Assembly (NCBI GenBank): GCA_963794325.1
Contig: CAWCDG010000002.1
Span: 96,001 to 160,000 of the forward strand
Source of the DNA: an uncultured delta proteobacterium
GTDB lineage: Bacteria > Desulfobacterota > Binatia > Binatales > Binataceae
Reading direction: 5' to 3'
DNA length: 64,000 nucleotides
Shown: one piece after another, positions 1 to 8,838 of the stretch
How the letters are laid out: every line of letters begins with the position of its first letter
Position numbering within the stretch: position 1 is the first letter of the stretch
Made by a program: the position numbers and the translations under genes
The notes under the pieces: model-generated
The model's database searches: none
What the model saw: only the letters and a program-made list of their open reading frames with translations
What the model was told of the DNA's origin: nothing

Positions 1-180
1 GTCGTAGTCGTCAGTCACGGCGGCGTGATGCGAGCGGTGTGGGCGCACGTCACCGGCAAATGGGAAAACGCGCACGTGCCGCCGAACTGCGGCATCGTCG
101 TAATCGAGCATCATGGCGGCCGCTACCGCGAGCCCGAAGTTATATTCGGAGAAACTCCGGCAAGCGAAACCGGCGGCTAG
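1..180 (+). CDS. Histidine phosphatase (phosphoglycerate mutase) family protein, 3' part only
   Basis: Manual frame-1 translation VVVVSHGGVMRAVWAHVTGKWENAHVPPNCGIVVIE...ETGG*; the SHGG and PNCG motifs are typical of the family C-terminus; the start lies outside the window. Confidence 0.75.
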   Translation, partial: VVVVSHGGVMRAVWAHVTGKWENAHVPPNCGIVVIEHHGGRYREPEVIFGETPASETGG

Positions 181-238
181 TATTCAGTTAATTGAATGAC
201 ATCGCGATCGAAAAATCCCGTTCCACGGAACGGCGGCG
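117..238 (+). repeat. Direct repeat copy 1: 64-bp phosphatase 3' end (117-180) plus downstream segment shared with copy 2
   Basis: cggccgctaccgcgagcccgaagttatattcggagaaactccggcaagcgaaaccggcggctag|tattcagttaattgaatgacatcgc; recurs at 2141 and 3952. Confidence 0.95.
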
Positions 239-308
239 CTCGGCTCGAACAAAAATCCGGACGTATTTCTATTTCTGGCGATCCTCTCTCACCCTCAAAG
301 CCTTGTCG

Positions 309-1178
309 ATGACGAGTAACCGTAAGCGTGCGGTCGCCGCGGCGATGGGCGCTGCTGCAGCGCTTGGCCTGACAGTCGATGACGCGATCGTGCTCCAGGA
401 GTCGAACAAGCTCGCTGTGCGCCTGCTGCCGTGCGACGTTCTTGCTCGGGTCGCGGAGGAGCGCATCAAGGGCTGGGCGGAGTTCGAAGTCGAGCTTGCT
501 TTACGCCTCGCGGAAACCGGGAGTCCTGTAGCAGCGCTTGAGCCTCGGGTCGCGCCCGGCGCCTACGTGCGTGACGGCTTTGTGGTCACGCTGTGGACCT
601 ACTACGAACCTGTGCCGTCCCGAGAGTTCGCGTCAGCCGACTACGCGCACGCGCTCGAACGGCTGCATGACTGCATGCGGCAGATCGACTTCCCGACACC
701 GCACTTTACGGATCGAATCACCGACGCCCAACGGCTTATCGGAAGCCGCGACCAGACTCCAGAACTCGTTGACGCGGACCGTGAGCTTCTCAGCAACACG
801 TTACGAAGTCTGCGGCAGGCGATCAGCGCTCGCGGGCGCCCCGAACAACTCCTGCACGGCGAGCCACACCCGGGCAACGTGCTCAGGACGAAGAAGGGCC
901 TGCTGTTCATAGACCTCGAGACCTGTTGCCGCGGCCCCGTCGAGTTCGATCTCGCCTACGTGCCCGAAGAGGTGAGCGTGCTCTACCGGAGCACCGATCA
1001 ACAGCTGCTCCGCGAATGCCGGGTCCTGATGCTTGCGATGGTCGCAGCATGGCGCTGGGATCGAAACGACCAATTCCCCAACGGGCTACAAGCAGCGCGA
1101 GAATTCGTCAGCGAGCTCCGGGCGGCACTGTCGGGCGCACCCTTCTCGACGCACTTGCCGCGCTGGACTGACACCTGA
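309..1178 (+). CDS. Aminoglycoside phosphotransferase/kinase-like (APH) family protein
   Basis: HGEPHPGN and IDLE kinase motifs; ATG at 309 preferred to the ORF-track start inside the repeat. Confidence 0.8.
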   Translation: MTSNRKRAVAAAMGAAAALGLTVDDAIVLQESNKLAVRLLPCDVLARVAEERIKGWAEFEVELALRLAETGSPVAALEPRVAPGAYVRDGFVVTLWTYYEPVPSREFASADYAHALERLHDCMRQIDFPTPHFTDRITDAQRLIGSRDQTPELVDADRELLSNTLRSLRQAISARGRPEQLLHGEPHPGNVLRTKKGLLFIDLETCCRGPVEFDLAYVPEEVSVLYRSTDQQLLRECRVLMLAMVAAWRWDRNDQFPNGLQAAREFVSELRAALSGAPFSTHLPRWTDT

Positions 1179-1189
1179 ATCGCTGGTGG

Positions 1190-1523
1190 ACGCGAGTTCA
1201 CGTGTCTTTCGCACCTCCCCGAATGTTATCGATCCGCGCATCAGCACTGGGAGTTCCTCGGTGGCATTGTAGTAGGCGAGATTGAAGAAAAACTCAGCTC
1301 CGGCAACACAGGCGTCTGCGGCATCGCGCGCGAGAAGAAAGATCGAGTCGCTGAGTCCGTACCGTGCGTTCCAGACCCCACGCTGGAGGTATTTTGCCAG
1401 CGAATCCTCAGTCGATAGGATGTGTGCGACATCTGACAAGTGCCCAAGCGCGCGCCCAGCGCCTGGCTCGGTTGCCGCGATCGAGAATCCGAGAATGTCA
1501 GCATAGAAGACGGCCGTTTTCAT
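1190..1523 (-). pseudogene. Truncated class III nucleotide-cyclase-like protein
   Basis: FYADILGF, LSDSI and MRGSITFG motifs; the frame then runs into antisense APH sequence, so the C-terminus is missing. Confidence 0.5.
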
Positions 1524-1619
1524 CGTCTTGACCATTTTGGTCCAAAAGCACTAATATGGTCAATGTCTCGCAAACGAACGGGTGCACTGGCGAGAACGGA
1601 AAAGGCCATGGGCACAATT

Positions 1620-1862
1620 ATGAAACATGTGAGGCTCGCGGAAGCCAAAGCCAAGTTGTCGGAGCTGGTTGAGGAAGTCCGGCGCGAGAGGAATCCGATA
1701 GTTATCCAGAAGCGGGACACGCCGGCGGCTGTACTGGTCGAGCCGGAGCGCTTTCGCCATCTTCAAGAAAGTGAAGATCGCTTGATGGCGCTTCAGCTCC
1801 GCGAGGCGTTGAAGGGCAAGAAGTACCCTTTGCGCAAAGTGCTCGCTGAACTTGAAAAGTGA
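1620..1862 (+). CDS. Phd/YefM family antitoxin
   Basis: MKHVRLAEAKAKLSELVEEV...PIVIQKRDTPAAVLV; GTGA overlap with the toxin. Confidence 0.85.
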   Translation: MKHVRLAEAKAKLSELVEEVRRERNPIVIQKRDTPAAVLVEPERFRHLQESEDRLMALQLREALKGKKYPLRKVLAELEK

Positions 1863-2137
1863 CCTTCGATGTTGAGCTTTCCGAGCAAGCCAAAACATTG
1901 CTCGAAGAACTTCATCGGGACGATCGGAGAAGCTCTCGTGAATTGGCCTTACTCCTGCTGCGCCTTGAAAAAGATCCACGCCCGAATGGAAGTCGTGAGC
2001 TTGCAGTTCAGGCTGGCCCAGAGCGGAAGCGGTCGCTGGAAGAGAGGGTCTGGGACATAGCGAATTTCCGCATCCTGTACCGACTCAATGGCGCCAAGCG
2101 CCTGATCGAAGTCGGCGTTGTCAGGCGCGTCCGCTGA
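1859..2137 (+). CDS. RelE/ParE family toxin
   Basis: 92 aa, N-terminal FDVELSEQAK, DPRPNGS, C-terminal FRILYRL...IEVGVVR; coupled to the Phd antitoxin. Confidence 0.75.
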   Translation: MTFDVELSEQAKTLLEELHRDDRRSSRELALLLLRLEKDPRPNGSRELAVQAGPERKRSLEERVWDIANFRILYRLNGAKRLIEVGVVRRVR

Positions 2138-2140
2138 TGA

Positions 2141-2260
2141 CGGCCGCTACCGCGATCCCGAAGTTATATTCGGAGAAACCCCAGCGACCGAAACCGGCGG
2201 CTAGTATTCAGTTAATTGAATGACATCGCATCGAAAAATCCCGTGCTGACGAACGGCGGC
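2141..2260 (+). repeat. Direct repeat copy 2 of the phosphatase 3' end plus downstream segment
   Basis: 2141-2204 matches 117-180 at 59/64 nt by manual count; followed by the same tattcagttaattgaatgacatcgc...aaaaatcccg. Confidence 0.95.
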
Positions 2261-2402
2261 AGACCCTCGCTGAGAGAAAGCGGAGCATCGCTGCCCCGAT
2301 CGAGCCTTCTCAAGAAAAGAGTCGGCTGCGAGAACTCCTGTCGGCCGCGCCCGATCTTGGCGCCGATCGTAGTTCCATCCTCGTCTGGCTCGGGCTGAAA
2401 AC

Positions 2403-2906
2403 CTAGTTCGGACTCCATGCTCTCCGGCGAGCGAGCCATCTCGGCACATTGGCACAGTAAGCCTCGAATTGCGCACCAAACATCCCACGCAAGGTCGGTT
2501 CTTCGTACGCGATTACGACGACATGAGTGAACGCCCAGAAGAGAAGTGCCCAGACGAATACGCGCATATCTGCGAAGAAGATTGCCTCGCCTGAAAGAAT
2601 AACGAAAAGCGCGACATAGATCGGATTTCTCACATGCCGGTAGAAACCCGTAACGACCAGACGTGTCGGCGGCGCGATCGGGGCGGGCGTGCCAAGACCG
2701 TCCCATGCGAAACGTGCGAACGAACTGAGCAACGGATAGAGCCCGATCACTATCATCACCGCGCCGATCGAACGCGCGGACTGAGAATTGTTCAGCGCCG
2801 GATTCGTCTGCCACCGCGTGATCCACCACGGCACCAGTCCCACAACTGTTCCTGGCGCAATCACGAAAAAAAGCAGTGAACCCAATGAAGCCCAGACCCT
2901 GCGCAT
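2403..2906 (-). CDS. Isoprenylcysteine carboxylmethyltransferase/PEMT family membrane protein
   Basis: GLGTPAPIAPP, LVVTGFYRHVRNPIY, EEPTL...FGAQFEAYCANVPRW. Confidence 0.85.
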   Translation of the reverse strand: MRRVWASLGSLLFFVIAPGTVVGLVPWWITRWQTNPALNNSQSARSIGAVMIVIGLYPLLSSFARFAWDGLGTPAPIAPPTRLVVTGFYRHVRNPIYVALFVILSGEAIFFADMRVFVWALLFWAFTHVVVIAYEEPTLRGMFGAQFEAYCANVPRWLARRRAWSPN

Positions 2907-3090
2907 GAAATCGTCCTTCGAGGGCGCACGACATGCCTTGCCGCCGGCTGCTAGATCGTAGTCGATGTCGAATCCTCGTTCCAGCGATCCCCTCGACGCC
3001 GCCTTCGGCGACGAAACCGCCGCGACTGAGCCGCAGCGCGAGCCCGCCTATCTGTATCCGTCCTCTCGAACAAAAAGAGAGGAAAGAAAA

Positions 3091-3258
3091 ATGGAGAGGG
3101 ATGTAGATGTTCTAGCAGAAATGACGGGTGTACGAGAGTACGGCGACGGTGAGCCGGTGGAATTGGCTCGCCGCCAAGATAATGGCCGGTTGATCATCCG
3201 CGCGTACAATGAAGGCGGATACTGCACCACTGTGATTGATTTTCTAGATTTTGGTTGA
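3091..3258 (+). CDS. Small hypothetical protein (55 aa)
   Basis: ATG 3091 with upstream GAGAGGA RBS, within ORF 2965..3258. Confidence 0.45.
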   Translation: MERDVDVLAEMTGVREYGDGEPVELARRQDNGRLIIRAYNEGGYCTTVIDFLDFG

Positions 3259-3296
3259 GCGGCTCCGGCAGGTCCAAACAATGGAGTCCTGAAAAC

Positions 3297-3824
3297 ATGA
3301 AACACAGGGCGCATCGGCGAAAACGGCGGCAGCGGTGGCAGCGTAGTCAAATTGAGAGGCTGACCGATGAGATTAACAAATGCCTGAATGCGGAATTGTG
3401 GTATGCAGCCTTGGTGCTTGTCCTAATACTGCCGGATATTTGCGTATCCTTAGAACTGTCCAAGGGCAATACAAACGGAGACCTATACGAAAAGTGGTGC
3501 AAAAAATGGCTAGCGAATGAGTACGGATCACTTGCAAAAGACTTGTACTATCTTCGTTGCGGACTCGCACATGAGGCGAAATCTCAGCATCGGGCCATCA
3601 AATCCAAACGCATCTTTTTCACTTTGGGATCAAAGGACGCCCATATGCGGCAACACAAGGAAGCCTTCACTCTGGACTTGAATACGTTCGCCGGAGACAT
3701 GACCGATGCTGTTAAAGCGTGGTACGTAAAACAAGCACAGAATCAGAATGTCCAAAGGAATATTGGTGCGGTCATTCAATACTATCCTTCGTTGGACTTC
3801 CTCAATGTGCGTGCGATTGGATAA
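3297..3824 (+). CDS. Hypothetical helical protein with HEPN-like Rx4H motif
   Basis: AT-richer ORF; ALVLVLILPDIC...YYLRCGLAH; GGAG upstream of ATG 3297. Confidence 0.6.
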   Translation: MKHRAHRRKRRQRWQRSQIERLTDEINKCLNAELWYAALVLVLILPDICVSLELSKGNTNGDLYEKWCKKWLANEYGSLAKDLYYLRCGLAHEAKSQHRAIKSKRIFFTLGSKDAHMRQHKEAFTLDLNTFAGDMTDAVKAWYVKQAQNQNVQRNIGAVIQYYPSLDFLNVRAIG

Positions 3825-3825
3825 G

Positions 3826-3858
3826 CGAAAGGCCGAACCCTCGCGAGTCCGGCCTTTC
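3826..3858 (+). terminator. Hairpin downstream of the HEPN-like gene
   Basis: gaaaggccg...cggcctttc inverted repeat; a further T-tract follows near 3899. Confidence 0.4.
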
Positions 3859-3951
3859 TAGGTCAAGGTCAGGCCGCCTGTGGGCTAATTGCTCGGCCTT
3901 TTTTTCTTGTCAGCTTGATCGACTTTTTTCTTTCGGAACCGATCATCATAG

Positions 3952-4015
3952 CGGCCGCTACCGCGAGCCCGAAGTTGTATTCGGAGAAACTCCGGCTAGC
4001 GAATCCGGCGGCTAG
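3952..4015 (+). repeat. Direct repeat copy 3 of the phosphatase 3' end; its CTAG overlaps the recO stop
   Basis: 61/64 identical to 117-180 by manual count. Confidence 0.95.
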
Positions 4016-4797
4016 CCTTCAGACCGACCCGCGCCCGGCAGAACTGAATCGAGAAATTCCTGGCTCCGCAGCCGGCGATCTATGATCGAGCTGATGAAAC
4101 GCGCGAGCGCCAGAGCGCCGTCCGGACCCGCAGCTTCCGATCCCGGCGAGTCGCTCATCGGCAGCACACCGAGCCTTGCAAGAATTGCGGCACCTCTGCT
4201 CGACATCTTGATTGCGCCTTCCGCCAATGACGGCCGGCATTTCGCGCATACGATGCCGCCGCGCGACACGACGAAATACACTGTCGTGGTCGCGCCGTTG
4301 TCGCCGTTGATGGTCGCGCAGATTCGGCAGCGGGTGAACTCGAGTCCGAATCCTGCCCATCCCAGCAGACGCATTTCGAACGCCTGCCGCAGAGCCGCGT
4401 CCGCGAAGCGCGTGCTGAGCGCGCCGAGTCCTTCCGACAGCACTCGGTATGCCTCCGCCGCCTCGCTCTCCTCGGTCGTGAGCGCATCGGTGAGTTCGAG
4501 CATGTAGCTGCCGAGCGCAATCTTCGCGAGGTCGTCGTCGATCACATGCTGTGTCAGGTCGGCCGCTTCGGCGCGTGTGATAAACACCAACTGCCCGTGC
4601 GGTCTCCGGCGAAAGTGCAGGACCACGTGCGAGAACGGTTCGAGCTTGCGCTCGAAGCGATGCCGCGATGCTTTGGCGCCTTTCGCGATCCCGCTGAGCT
4701 TGCCGGCGTGGAGCGTCAGTAGCGTGACGATTCGATCCGACTCGGCGTAATCGCGCGCACGGAGCACGATCGCCGGGGTTGATTCTTCGATCGGCAT
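4012..4797 (-). CDS. recO: DNA repair protein RecO
   Basis: AIVLRARDYAESDRIVTLLT...GIAKGAKASRHRF...LEPF; CxxC...CxxC zinc finger. Confidence 0.95.
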   Translation of the reverse strand: MPIEESTPAIVLRARDYAESDRIVTLLTLHAGKLSGIAKGAKASRHRFERKLEPFSHVVLHFRRRPHGQLVFITRAEAADLTQHVIDDDLAKIALGSYMLELTDALTTEESEAAEAYRVLSEGLGALSTRFADAALRQAFEMRLLGWAGFGLEFTRCRICATINGDNGATTTVYFVVSRGGIVCAKCRPSLAEGAIKMSSRGAAILARLGVLPMSDSPGSEAAGPDGALALARFISSIIDRRLRSQEFLDSVLPGAGRSEG

Positions 4798-4800
4798 TTT

Positions 4801-5934
4801 CTAGTCGCCGACGCTTCTGCGGAACACAGCTTGCTGAATATCCTTGACCTCGACGCGCATCCGCTCGGCGTTGGCAATCGCGCGGCCCGACTCCGACGCT
4901 TCTTTCATCAACACGTCGAACCGCGCCGCGATATTCGCGAGCTTCGCATTCGCCTCGGTCAGCGCGCGCCGCCTGAGCTCCTCGCTCTCCCACGCACCCT
5001 CAGCGTATTCGCGCAGCTCGCGGCTCTCGAACACCAGCTCCTGGAGCTTGTCCTCGTATCCCCTGACGATTCGTCGCAGGGCCTCGACCACCTTGGGCCG
5101 CTCTTCAGGATCTTTCCACAGGACGTGCGCGAGGAACATCAGGTCGTCCTCAACGACCGCAGAGCGTCCCGCGACAATTGCGTGCGCGCGCAAAATGCCA
5201 AGCGAGTTTTTCCATCGCCGATCCGACACGACGATCTGCTCGCGCGCCAGCTCTCGGCGAATTTGCGCGATCGCCTCGAGAATCGCTCCAGGCACCGGGA
5301 CCGCCGCCACTGCCGTTCGCAGTTCATCGAGCTCCGCAAATTTCAGCGTGGTGCGCGCGCGCTCCGGACCGCCCGCCATCATGCGGATGAAGCCGTGCTC
5401 CTCGGTAATGTAGTCGGCCATGAAGCGCAGCATGAAGCGATCGTAAAGCGCGGTCAGCTCGTCCTCATCGGGCAGTTCGTTCGATGCGCCAAACATCGTG
5501 ATCAGCGGCACCGGGATGCGCTCGCGACCGTTGTGGAAAATCCGCTCGTTGATGATCGTCAACAGCGCGTTGAGGATCGACGAGTTCGCCTTGAAGATTT
5601 CGTCCAGGAACGCGATGTGCGCCTCGGGCAGCTTGTGCGTGGTGACGCGCCGGTAATCGTCTTCCTCGAGTCCCTTCAGGCTGACCGCGCCGAAGATTTC
5701 CTCCGGCGTGCTGAACTTCGTCAGCAGCCACTGAAAATAATTCGCCCCTTCGATTCGCCGGCACAGTTCGTCGGCCAGCATCGATTTCGCCGTTCCCGGC
5801 GGCCCGATTATCAGCACGTGATTCGCCGACAGCATCGCCACGATTGCGCCGTCGATCAAATCGATCCGTTCGAGGAACATCCGGTTCAGCTCCTCGCGGA
5901 TTCGCGCAAGTTTCGATAGTGCGGTGTCGGTCAT
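4801..5934 (-). CDS. MoxR/RavA-like AAA+ ATPase
   Basis: Walker A GPPGTAKS, Walker B AFLDEIFKANSSILNALLT, ASNELP, ALYDRF, SDRRW. Confidence 0.9.
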   Translation of the reverse strand: MTDTALSKLARIREELNRMFLERIDLIDGAIVAMLSANHVLIIGPPGTAKSMLADELCRRIEGANYFQWLLTKFSTPEEIFGAVSLKGLEEDDYRRVTTHKLPEAHIAFLDEIFKANSSILNALLTIINERIFHNGRERIPVPLITMFGASNELPDEDELTALYDRFMLRFMADYITEEHGFIRMMAGGPERARTTLKFAELDELRTAVAAVPVPGAILEAIAQIRRELAREQIVVSDRRWKNSLGILRAHAIVAGRSAVVEDDLMFLAHVLWKDPEERPKVVEALRRIVRGYEDKLQELVFESRELREYAEGAWESEELRRRALTEANAKLANIAARFDVLMKEASESGRAIANAERMRVEVKDIQQAVFRRSVGD

Positions 5935-6049
5935 TGTCTGTTCATCATGATTTTTACCAGACCGGAGACAAAGACTTAACCCCTTGCGGCTTGCCGCCGC
6001 GCCGCTGCTGGCGCTAGATCAGATAATTGTAAGCGGCAGGAGGATCGAA

Positions 6050-7246
6050 ATGGAAAAGGCGCTGAGCGGGGTCAAAGTTCTGGATATGACGCAGTTCGAG
6101 GCCGGCACCTCGTGCACCGAGATGCTCGCGTGGCTCGGCGCCGACGTCATCAAGGTCGAGTCGCCAAAGATGGGCGAGCAGGGGCGCTGGCTACTCACCG
6201 AAAAGCAGGGCGTCGATTCGTACTACTTCATTCTGCTCAACGCCAACAAACGCGGCATCACGCTCAACCTCAAGAGCGAGAAGGGCCGCGCGATGTTCAT
6301 CGACCTGGTCAAGCAAGTCGACATGCTCACGGAAAATTTCTCGCTCGGCACGCTCGAAAGCCTCGGCCTCGGCTACGATAAACTGCGCGAAATAAATCCG
6401 CGCCTCATCTACCTGACCATCAAGGGCTTCGGCACGCACGGCCCGTACAGCAAATACAAGAGCTTCGACATGATTGCGCAGGCGTCCGGCGGCGCGATGG
6501 CGCTCACCGGATTTCCCGGTTCACCACCGCTCAAGCCGGGACCGACCATCGGCGATACGGGCACCGGGATGCATGCGGCGGTCGGCGTGCTCGCCGCGTA
6601 CATTCAGCGCGAACGCACCGGCAAGGGACAGAAAGTCGAAGTCGCGATGCAGGAAGCGGTGTTGAATTTCGTGCGCGTCCCGATGATGGGCACCTACATC
6701 ACGCACAAGCCGACGCCGCGCACCGGCAACCGCGTCGGCGGCGGCGGTCCCGGCGACATCTACAGATGCGCGCCCGGCGGCGACAACGATTATTGCTACA
6801 TCCTGTGCACCTCGCCCGAGATGTTCGAGAGCCTGTGGAAAGTGATCGGCCGTCCCGAAGTCGCAAGCGAGGAACGTTTCGCGGGACGCAACCGCGCCAA
6901 GAACGTCGAACCGCTCACCGAGCTGATCACTGAATGGACCAGTCGGCACACCAAGTTCGAGGTGATGCGCATCCTCGGTGAGGCCGGCGTCCCGTGCGGC
7001 GCTGTGCTCGACAGCGTCGAGCTGTTGAACGATCCGCATCTCAAAGAGCGCGGCATGATCGTGACGATCCAACATCCGCAACGCGGCGAGTTCACGATGC
7101 CGGGATGTCCAGTGCGACTCGAGGATTCGCCGGTCGAAGTCACAGCCGCGCCGCTGCTCGGCCAGCACAATGCCGACGTCTATGGCGAGCTGCTCGGTCT
7201 CGGCGCCGGCCAGCTCGAAGACCTCAAGCGCGAAGGCATCATCTAG
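6050..7246 (+). CDS. CaiB/BaiF class III CoA-transferase (formyl-CoA transferase-like)
   Basis: ALSGVKVLDMTQFEAGTSCTEMLAWLGADVIKVE; APLLGQH; AGGAGG RBS. Confidence 0.92.
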   Translation: MEKALSGVKVLDMTQFEAGTSCTEMLAWLGADVIKVESPKMGEQGRWLLTEKQGVDSYYFILLNANKRGITLNLKSEKGRAMFIDLVKQVDMLTENFSLGTLESLGLGYDKLREINPRLIYLTIKGFGTHGPYSKYKSFDMIAQASGGAMALTGFPGSPPLKPGPTIGDTGTGMHAAVGVLAAYIQRERTGKGQKVEVAMQEAVLNFVRVPMMGTYITHKPTPRTGNRVGGGGPGDIYRCAPGGDNDYCYILCTSPEMFESLWKVIGRPEVASEERFAGRNRAKNVEPLTELITEWTSRHTKFEVMRILGEAGVPCGAVLDSVELLNDPHLKERGMIVTIQHPQRGEFTMPGCPVRLEDSPVEVTAAPLLGQHNADVYGELLGLGAGQLEDLKREGII

Positions 7247-7257
7247 ATGCGGCTCAC

Positions 7258-8838
7258 TTGATCGGACGCGGCGACCAGTTCGAAGCGATCGAGTACCTGC
7301 GCCGCGAGGGCGAGGGCATCCTCGCACGCTTCGCGCGGTCCAAGCGTGGCATCGCGTACGCCGACCTTCGTTTCGAAGTCGTCTTTAACCGCAGTGGCGC
7401 CGCCGTGAATGGTGAGCCGCGCGACGGCTCTGAGAGCGAGAATGCCGCGTATTGCGTCTCGGTTCACGTCGCCGATCGGGCCGGTCCTGTCGGTCATGGT
7501 CAGACCGGCGCGGAAATTGGCGCGCTCGCGGGACGTCCCGCGAAATTGATAGCCGAACTGCGGCGTGGCCTCACCGAGGCCTATGACCGTGCGCGATTCA
7601 GCGCCCGCAAGAAAGCCGAACTCCTCGCGCATCTTGGCGACGCCGCGAGCGGGCTGCTCGTCGCGCCAATTCCGAATCGGAAGAAAGTTCGCGACGATGT
7701 CGACGCCACCTTCCGCCGCGACCCGCGAACTCTGTCGACCGACGAGCTCAAAAAGATTTCGCTCGATGCGTCCCACGAAGTCGCCGCGCTCGGCGACGCG
7801 ATCGCCTACCAGGTCGTCGCTGCGATGACCGAGATGCGTCGCGAGATCTTCATCGACACCGCCGGCACTGTCGTCTCGCAGGCGTACGCGTTTTCGCAGG
7901 GCGACTGCTACGTAGTCGCGCAAATTGGCGACGGCCACCAGGAAAGCTACGACTCGATCGGCCAGCAGCGCGGACTCGAGTGCCTGAGCGACGGATGGCG
8001 CGGCGAGTTGATGCCGAATCCTTCTCTCGCGAAATTTTGCGTCGACCTCGCCACCGAGGCGCGCGAGCTGGCCGCTGCTCCGGTCCTCAAACCGCCCGAC
8101 GGCGAAGTCATCGTCGTCACCGACCCGCATTTCAATGCGCTCGTCTCGCACGAAGTCATCGGCCATCCATGCGAAGCCGACCGCGCGCTCAAGATGGAAG
8201 CAGCGTACGCCGGGCGCAGTTGGTTCCTGCGCTCGCTCGCCGACAACCAGTTGGGCAAACAGGTTGCATCGCCGCTGCTATCCGCATGCTCCGATCCCAG
8301 CCTCGACGGTTACGGCCATTATCGGTACGACCACGAAGGCACGCGTGGCCGGCGTGTGATGCACATCGAGCGCGGCATCTTCAGTGGCTTTCTGAATTCG
8401 CGCGCGACCGCAGCGTTGCTCGGCGCAGAGCCCAACGGCTCGGCGCGCGCCAGCGAAGGATGGCATGTGCCGCTGATCAGAATGTCCAACACGTTTTTTC
8501 TGCCCGGCGAGACTCCGCCCGAGAAGATCATCGCCGATGTCGTGCGCGGCTATTACGTCTGCGGCCATCAGATTCCGTCGATCTCCGAATCACGCGAAAA
8601 TTTTCGAATCTCGGCGCGTCGCGTTTACGAGATCGATCATGGACGAATCGGCCGCCTCTATCGATCAGGCAGCGTTATCGCCGACTCAAAGCGCTTCTTC
8701 ACCAACGTGGACGCGGTGGGTAACGATCTACGGCTCATCGCAATCCCCAACTGCGGCAAGGGCCAGCCGATGCAGGTCAAGCGGATGTCCAACGGCGGGC
8801 CGACGCTACGCTCGCGCGCGCGGCTGGCGGGCAACTGA
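7258..8838 (+). CDS. tldD: TldD family metalloprotease subunit
   Basis: HEVIGH, YDHEG, RMSNTFF and CGKGQP motifs; start uncertain (TTG 7258). Confidence 0.85.
   Translation: MIGRGDQFEAIEYLRREGEGILARFARSKRGIAYADLRFEVVFNRSGAAVNGEPRDGSESENAAYCVSVHVADRAGPVGHGQTGAEIGALAGRPAKLIAELRRGLTEAYDRARFSARKKAELLAHLGDAASGLLVAPIPNRKKVRDDVDATFRRDPRTLSTDELKKISLDASHEVAALGDAIAYQVVAAMTEMRREIFIDTAGTVVSQAYAFSQGDCYVVAQIGDGHQESYDSIGQQRGLECLSDGWRGELMPNPSLAKFCVDLATEARELAAAPVLKPPDGEVIVVTDPHFNALVSHEVIGHPCEADRALKMEAAYAGRSWFLRSLADNQLGKQVASPLLSACSDPSLDGYGHYRYDHEGTRGRRVMHIERGIFSGFLNSRATAALLGAEPNGSARASEGWHVPLIRMSNTFFLPGETPPEKIIADVVRGYYVCGHQIPSISESRENFRISARRVYEIDHGRIGRLYRSGSVIADSKRFFTNVDAVGNDLRLIAIPNCGKGQPMQVKRMSNGGPTLRSRARLAGN

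Noticed and set aside
117-4015. Integron or CRISPR interpretation of the repeated units
   Set aside because: No intI, no attC-like RYYYAAC...GTTRRRY hairpins, kb-scale spacing and no cas genes.
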